DNA of 64,000 nt, taken from NCBI GenBank assembly GCA_964016885.1, contig OZ024740.1, positions 309,442,001-309,506,000 of the forward strand, read 5' to 3'. Shown one piece after another: positions 56,866 through 64,000 of the stretch (the stretch's first letter is position 1; each line of letters starts with the position of its first letter). Origin of the DNA: Eledone cirrhosa (lineage: Eukaryota). The notes under the pieces were generated by a model, which saw only the letters and a list, made by a program, of their open reading frames with translations, had not been told where the DNA came from and did not search any database. Both the position numbers and the translations under genes were made by a program.

Positions 56866-57180
56866 AAAAAAAAGAAATAGGATTTCGCTTCAAGAAGCGA
56901 AATCCTATTTCTTTTTTATTATAAGTTGAGCCAACTTTTGCAGCTTCATATGCAAATGAGATTAATCACCTCATTTACACAGACGAGAATAGTATATTCT
57001 CAGCTGTCTTCTAGTCCAGCAGTCGCAAGTGGTGGGCGGGACCGTCCTGACGAAGGCCAGTTAAGCCTGAAATTCATAGACGGTTGTGCCCCTTGCTTCT
57101 GCTGGACATCACCAGTGTTTGCATAGCTACGGCTTCCTAAAACTGTATTTTTTTGGAGATACAAAATATTCATACATAAT
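56866..57180 (+). mobile_element. Second copy of the 335-nt family with a 24-bp snap-back hairpin at its 5' end
   Basis: Similar to 24258-24570 (TAAGTTGAGCCAACTT..CAGCTTCAT.TGCAAAT.AGATTAATCA). Hairpin 56868-56891 / 56894-56917; TA tracts on both sides. Confidence 0.8.
57040..57085 (+). ncRNA. Minimal type-I hammerhead ribozyme motif
   Basis: ACCGTC-CTGACGA-AGGC-CAGTTAA-GCCT-GAAA-TTCA-TA-GACGGT. Confidence 0.85.
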
Positions 57181-57411
57181 ATATATATATATATATATAC
57201 ACATACATATATATATTATAGAATAACAGAAGGCTGGACTGGTGTAATTCCTTAAAGGTTTATTATACTATGAACAATTCAATGACCGAGTTCAGTATGA
57301 ATCCGGTGACATCATCAGGTATTCCGAAATCTATCCAACAAAGGAATATAATAGACACAATCCAATGGGCTGAAAAGCAGAGAGAGATGCCTAAGACAAG
57401 AAGGCGGCTAT

Positions 57412-57488
<77 letters not shown>

Positions 57489-57610
57489 ATACTTTGGGAG
57501 GGTCATGTTGCCAATATAAACAACATGCGCACCTGTTGGTTTTCATTTCATTTTATTATAAATATCTGGGTGGTTGGTTGGTTGGTTCGATAACCGTATG
57601 GTTGTTTATA

Positions 57611-57656
57611 TAGTCGAAATACTTTCGTCACATATTCCGTGACCTCTTCAGTGACT
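57611..57656 (-). ncRNA. Hammerhead-like motif, partly degenerate
   Basis: AGTCA-CTGAAGA-GGTCAC-GGAATAT-GTGAC-GAAA-GTATT-TC-GACT. Same CTGAAGAGGTCAC start as 10676-10740; register imperfections at stems I and II. Confidence 0.5.
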
Positions 57657-58678
57657 GGGTTTTTATTTTGTATCTCTACATTGTTCTGTCCTACACTATC
57701 TTATTTTAGTGAGTTGTGTGCTGTTTCAGAAATTGAAATACGAAGTATACACACACACGCCCGCAAACACACACACACACACACACACCCACCCACACAC
57801 ACGCACACGCACACGCACACGCACACGCACACACATATATATATATACACATATATATAAAATACAAAAGGAAAACCAAGGTTGTTATTCAAATTCCATC
57901 TTTAATTTCTGCAATTGTTTCTTTGGATATAAATGTAGCACCAGCATACAGAATCAATCAATTAATCAGTCAAACAGTTAATAAGCAATAATTGAAATGG
58001 CACTCACGCATAAACCCCAGTTTCGAGAGGAAAACTGGATAGTTATATTAAGCCACTTAAAGCATAAAGATAAAATAAAGGTAAACTTTCGAAAAGCGAA
58101 CAGAACACATGAGAAATATGGAGCAGATGATTTATGTAACTAGAGAATAGTGTATTAACAGGGAAGTTGTACAGACATTAAAGGGGAAGTTATACAGAAA
58201 GGAAGCATATTACTCGAAAATGGGCTAGGTAGATTCGAAATAACAGTGCATACTTAGAACAATGATATCTAAACATGAACGTTCTGGTGTACTGCGAACA
58301 TTCATCAAAAATATTTTAAAGTCATTTTCTGCATAAAACAATTATTATTTATATATAAATAATAATTGTTTCTACTTTTGGCACAAGGCCAGCAATTACC
58401 CAGTACATTACTGGTACTTTATTTTATCGACCCCGTAAGGATGAAAGGTAAAGTTACAATATCGTTATATTGTAACCGGTGTTGTTAACTTGAATTATTA
58501 TGTACGGTGTTTGCCTTTGACAGTGGCCAGTCAAATATATATGTGTTGATATATCTTGGTTTTTCTTTTGTATTAATTATTTATGCTCCGTGGCTTTCAC
58601 TGTCAATCTACAAGGTTTGATGCATCTAACCAAAATAATAGTGGATTATTTCACTCTCATTTTCTCTCTACCCCTCTC

Positions 58679-58764
<86 letters not shown>

Positions 58765-58910
58765 TATTAGATAGAAACTATATAGTGGAAATAGTTTGGT
58801 AGAGATATTCAAGTTACAGAGCAACTCAAGTTCGTAGAATAAGTTTCAATATAATTATCATGGCGCAGTTGTAGTAGCTGGCTTTAATAATTTTATATAC
58901 ATACACACAC

Positions 58911-58989
<79 letters not shown>

Positions 58990-59468
58990 GTATGTGTGAA
59001 GGCGTACTTGTTATGGTGTTAGGCTTAACATTCTACACACACACATATATATATATATATATCCAATAATTTCCCCGAAAAAGATTTTCTTTTCATGATA
59101 CAGGAAGAAGAAACAACACCAAGCGTTCGGCCGGCCCTCTGGTATCACGAAACGAAAGTCTTTTTGGGGTTATTATTGAATTTTTCCAAATTTAAAGGTT
59201 TCTTAGGCCCTTTCAATGTTTATTTTAGGTTTTGCGCTCTGAAGAGCTCAGGTTATCTTAACTGATAGTCCTCAGTGAAATACGTATTACGGAGTTTTAA
59301 ATAAACCTGAATCAACTGAATAAGGCCTCCGATCTTTTATTAATATATAATGCTCCGACTTGCACCATTTATACAGGTCGTTGAGCGGTTCTTTTTATCT
59401 GCTTCACAACCGACAGACCCTAATGTGGTCCGCACATCTCTGTTCGATTAACCCCATACTCTAATATA

Positions 59469-59501
<33 letters not shown>

Positions 59502-60377
59502 CAGGGGCGGTGAAAACATTTCTTAATTGGTGGGGCCAAACTTGGACAATTTAGTTGTAGTGATCAGTTTAACTCTTTGCACTCTAAAATGGCCAGAAAA
59601 CTTCGATATGCGATAAATATAACATGTACATAAATTGTATCAAATATCCAAATAGATGTGTATTTTGGTAGTTTGGGGAGAAAATATAATTATTGGAGGG
59701 GGCATGCCCCCTTTCCACCGCCACTGTACTCGTATATATATATATATATCTACCACGACACCGTCTCACTTATCCCACTTTCCATATCTAAGACTAATAC
59801 ACTCTCACTCTTTATAAATATCGACACTTACCTCCCCCAATCCCCCACTGTATATCAATCACCCCTAAATTCTTACCCTCTCTATATCTACTACACTGCA
59901 TTCTCCTCTTCTGTATATCTACTACATGGAACTCTCTTCAAACCCCCTCTCTATATCAATGAACATCAATTTCTCTTCCTCTCTATATCTACTATACAAC
60001 ACACTCTCCCCCCTCACTATATCAATTACCACTAAACTACCCCCCCTCTCTATATCTACCATACAGCACTCTTTCTCATCCCATCTCACTCTATCCATCA
60101 CTACCAAACTCTCCCCCTCTCTATATCTAATATACAACAAACTGTCCCAACCTTCCTCTCTATATCAATTACCACTTGATATAGACGTGAATTACTTCGC
60201 TCCGGACTTTAACGGATTATTGTAAAAAAAAACTGCGAGTTCATTGCTCAATTTAATAGCATTCTTTAGTTTAACCCCTTGCCTGGGCCGTCAGACGTTG
60301 AGTCAACTAATTTTCGCCCCTTTCTGGGGCGAAATTTTCATTTTCATCTCAAAACTGTGTAAACTTGGTAGTCAGCA

Positions 60378-61371
60378 ATGTATGCCATTTCCACCTCGCA
60401 CACTGTCGTGAGTGCCACGCCCACTAAGAAAAGTGGTGGAGGGAAGGTAGGAGTACAAAGCTTGCAACCTTCCCCCCTCGCATTATCGAAAAACGTTGAA
60501 AATAATGAAACCACGAAACCAAACCCGGTAAATAATACCAGCACCAACAACAAGAACAATGACAATAACACCACAACCAACAACTGCAACAATAGCAACA
60601 CCAAGGAAAACATGAACAATATTACCAACAGTGACAACAACAGCAGCAACAAAAAAGACAACAACACCAAACGACGTTCGCACAGACTGTAAAATAAAAC
60701 GAACTATACACGCCAATAGACATAACAAATGCTAAACAACTACTACAAGACGCAAAACAATTCGTGACTTTTGGCGAAAACGGTGCTTTTAGCATCAATT
60801 CTCCACAGGAATTACGTAGAGAGGCTGTCCTGAAAACCACAGTTTTCAGGACAATATCGAACGAAACAAAAAACCAGCTCAATTATCACAAAATGAAATT
60901 GTGCTGGTTCTAAAAGATGCAATCAAGGACATAGCCTTCATACAAAAAGGTAAACTGTTTGGTAGTATTTCGGTGCTAATGAACAACCAGTCAACAGCAC
61001 AAAAGTACTCGGTATCACCCATTGTGTCCCCCCGCTTCACCTTTTTCCCCACATACAGGGGAAAAAGGACACAAAGAATAAAAATAATGAGTATCACACC
61101 AAATGTAAATATTTGGTGGATACTATGTGGAATCATTGACTTTGATGAAGACAAGATAATTTCAATAGGAAAGTCCTCCGGAGGTGTATTTGGTGGGACC
61201 AGCGTAGAAGTTCTGGTGCAAATGAGCCCAGAACGAATAGCGAATATCCCACAACGCGTGCCTCTGGACGGGCTAACTTATATAAACATTTCAGTGGAGG
61301 GAGCGGCCGTCATGTTACCACTGCTTAAGCAGAGGTCACCTGAGGGCTGCCTGTCCTCAATTAACGAGTAA
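60378..61371 (+). pseudogene. Tx1-like ORF1 remnant with Asn/Thr-rich N-terminus and zinc knuckle
   Basis: Broken frames 60378-60692 and 60901-61371. A shifted frame at about 61301-61354 reads RPSCYHCLSRGHLRAAC (C-x2-C-x4-H-x4-C). Confidence 0.7.
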
Positions 61372-61432
61372 AAAAAAAAGGCTCTTCTGCCAACCCCGAA
61401 CACAACAACACAACCATCGGTACCTGGATGCG

Positions 61433-63064
61433 GTGTTCGCGGCGGCAGGCTTCGGACCCGTTTTCAGAGGCTGGATTGCTGCAATGCACAGCAGCAACAC
61501 CTGCTCGAGGGTCAAGGTGAGCGGCTACCTCTCGGAGCCGTTCCAAATCACGCGATCCATCCGACAGGGATGCCCTCTCTCTTCCCTCCTGTATGTGCTG
61601 GTTCTCGAGCCACTACTGCGGAAGCTGGAGCTGTTGCAGGGCATCCCCTTGGAACCGGGATTGCGGAAAGCGGTGTCGGCCTACGCTGATGACGTGACAG
61701 CAATGGTCTCGTGCGCCTCGGAAATCGGGCAGATCGGCACCTTACTGGAGGAATATGAAAGGTTTACAGGAGCCAAGCTGAACCGGAACAAGTCCGTCGG
61801 TTTGCAACTCGGAACGTGGAGAGACAAACCGATGCCCTCCGACGGCATCGTCGGACGCTGGACGGAGGGACCGGTGAAGCTGCTCGGGGTCTGGTTCAGA
61901 CCGGACCTCCAGGTGGAGAAAAACTGGGACGAGGTAACGGGCAAGGTGTTTGCACTCGCCAAGAAGTGGGCCGAGTGCAAACTATCCCTGAAAGGTCGAG
62001 CGGAGGTGGCGAACGCTTATATAGCGTCCGTCATCTACTACCGCTTGACCGTCGTGCCTTGCCCAGAGAAAACACTCGCCAAAATGGAGCGCGCGCTCTT
62101 CCGATTTCTTTGGAAGAAGCGGGCTCCTTTGGTGAGAAGATCCATCTGCTGTCAACACCCTTCGAACGGAGGGCTGGGCATGCCGTGGCTGACGATGCGT
62201 AGACACGCATTAAGGCTACGGCACCTCCAGGTATTCCTCACCGGTGAGCCGGTGTGGGCCCTGTTTGTGAGGCGAGCCTTTCCGAGACTCGTCTCACTCA
62301 CCGAGCTGCAATCATGGGTCAAGCAAAGACCGAGAAAAGTGGGCGACTGGCACATTGAATGTGCCCAGGCGCTCACGGCCCTCTGGCAAGCGGATCCGGC
62401 AATCAGTGGAGACTCAACCTCAACATTCTATAGAGGGTTGGTGCGCAGTAAGTGCGACGACGCTCTCGGAGAGGCTCTGGGCATGGAGGTAGATGAGCTG
62501 GCCAGTCTGTTCGGTAGGACGTTTAGCCCGGGACCGATGGACAACTTCCAAAAGTCCCTGGCTTGGCAATGTTACCGAGGAGCTCTACCCGTTCGGGACA
62601 AGCTCTACAGGCACGGGCGCCCGGGTAGGGACTCCTCAAAGAAGATCTGTCCGAGATGCGTGCGTGACGAGGAAACTGTCGCACACGCATTCGTACACTG
62701 CCCGGGCGTTGCTGACCTGTGGGGCTATGTGGAACGACTACTGTCGCGGGTGGGACCAATCCGGTTGACCACCGAGAACACTGTCACGATCAAACCGCCT
62801 CCCCCTTTCAAAAACGAACGAGAGGCGGTTTCCCTCTGTGTGATAGCTATGGCGAAAGAAGTTGTATGGTGGACAAGGTTGAAAGGGCTGAGGTCAGACA
62901 CCTTTCTCTCCGGCCAACAACTGGTCTTTTTTTTCAAGTACCACTTTAGAAGAAGGATCAGAATAGAGAGAGAGGTGCTCTACCCCAGCAAGTTTTATGA
63001 AAGATGGGTGAAAGTAGCGAGAATGGCCCGAGTGAATGGGCCTTCTCTCTATATCAGCCTGTAG
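61433..63064 (+). pseudogene. Tx1-like ORF2 fragment: reverse transcriptase C-terminal half plus C-terminal CCHC domain
   Basis: RSIRQGCPLS, AYADDV, LNRNKS, GGLGMP, CPRC..EETVAHAFVHC. Starts abruptly at (D)HRYL; no endonuclease domain present. Confidence 0.9.
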
Positions 63065-63778
63065 GTGAGAGAGGAGAAGAATGAGAAGAGGAAGGAAGCA
63101 ACCGCTCTTTGTGCTCCTGAAGAGGAGGGTTGCACATTTTTTCGGGGGTGTGTGCGACCCATGTCAACGCCCCTCCCTATTGAGGACATCGATTGTTAAA
63201 TTTAATTCGTTATATGTTTTTTTACACGTCTTTTTAAATGTATGTAAACTCCCCCCTTTGTATTTGTTCCAATCTTTGATGCCCTGGTGGCAAATAAATA
63301 GAAATATATATCTAATATACAAAAAACTGTCCCAACCTTCCTCTCTATATCAATTACCACCAAACTCTCTCCCTCTCTATATCTATATCTATCTCTCCCA
63401 TCTATCTCTAAATAACATGTACATAAGTTGTAGCACATATATAAATAGATGTGTCTTTTGGTAGTTTTGGGAGAAAAACATAATTACTGGGGTGGCATAG
63501 ACCCCTGGCCATCCCCCAGTTCCACCACCCCTGTATATATATATATAATAAAAACAAGAAGTGTACGTCAACAGGTTACGGAGGAAACAGACCCACCTGC
63601 GTACTTCGTTGAGTGCTCTAACCTGAATACTGAAGTGTCGGTAAGCAACCAACATATGCTCAACGTTATATATATAATATGTAGATACTCAAGTTGCATC
63701 ACGGCGGGGGTATCCACAGTTAAAACCGGTACTCAATACATTTGTAGAGTTTAGGCATCTTTATTATATATAGAAAAT

Positions 63779-63851
63779 ACTTCAACTGGAATAGAACTGC
63801 TTCATTCGTATGAAATCACCAGGAACGAAGCAGTTCTGTTCCAGTTGAAGT
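63779..63851. repeat. 29-bp-arm hairpin
   Basis: ACTTCAACTGGAATAGAACTGCTTCATTC / GAACGAAGCAGTTCTGTTCCAGTTGAAGT. Confidence 0.75.
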
Positions 63852-64000
63852 CTTGTAATCATAATCCTGACCAGTTAAATCCAACCTGAGCCTAAATAAC
63901 AACAACCAAAGTTCCCACTGCCTGAAATGTCGAAAATGCTAACAATAGCAACCCAATCTCCAAGAAATCATACACTGCTACCATTAAATCAGAGGCACAC

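Larger units (their letters stand above)
60176..63306 (+). mobile_element. Tx1/L1-clade non-LTR retrotransposon, internally deleted
   Basis: GC-rich island with a frameshifted ORF1 and an ORF2 C-terminal part. 3' end CAAATAAATAGAAATA; flanked by 54-bp direct repeats. Confidence 0.85.
59502..63533. mobile_element. Composite TIR element (CAGGGGCGG...CCRCCMCTG) with internal CTCTCTATATC-type minisatellite; hosts the Tx1 insertion
   Basis: Left end CAGGGGCGGTGAAA at 59502; right ends TTCCACCGCCACTG (59726) and TTCCACCACCCCTG (63533). Paralogue at 35537-37119. Confidence 0.6.

Noticed and set aside
59236-59295. CTGAAGA-long stem-GAAATACGTATTA hammerhead-like motif
   Set aside because: Stem II and the palindromic stem III are plausible but stem I does not pair. 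Counted only as a decayed relic.

Overview
AT-rich, microsatellite-dense animal DNA. The SINE, LINE and Helitron complement suggests a mollusc, probably an octopus; this is an inference from sequence features only. One host gene is supported: a minus-strand secreted protein of about 1040-1060 aa with nine four-cysteine chitin-binding type-2 (peritrophin-A/CBM14-like) repeats. I assembled it by hand from a terminal exon (18901-16212), an internal exon (23210-22943) and two phase-compatible signal-peptide exons (24984-24823 and 26752-26525). The rest is mostly repeats: tRNA-derived SINEs, decayed RTE/CRE/CR1-like/RLE LINEs, a Gypsy gag relic, Helitrons, hAT-like MITEs and an internally deleted Tx1-like LINE with a 54-bp target duplication. 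The main hidden signal is a set of short non-coding elements sitting in (TA)n tracts that carry type-I hammerhead ribozyme folds. About 8 look intact and about 7 are decayed, across several dissimilar families. Four are terminally redundant monomers (335, 518, 593 and 673 nt), one family is circularly permuted between copies, and several have fold-back inversions. This fits a Penelope-associated or retrozyme-like circular-RNA system. All folds and splice assignments were read by eye and are untested.
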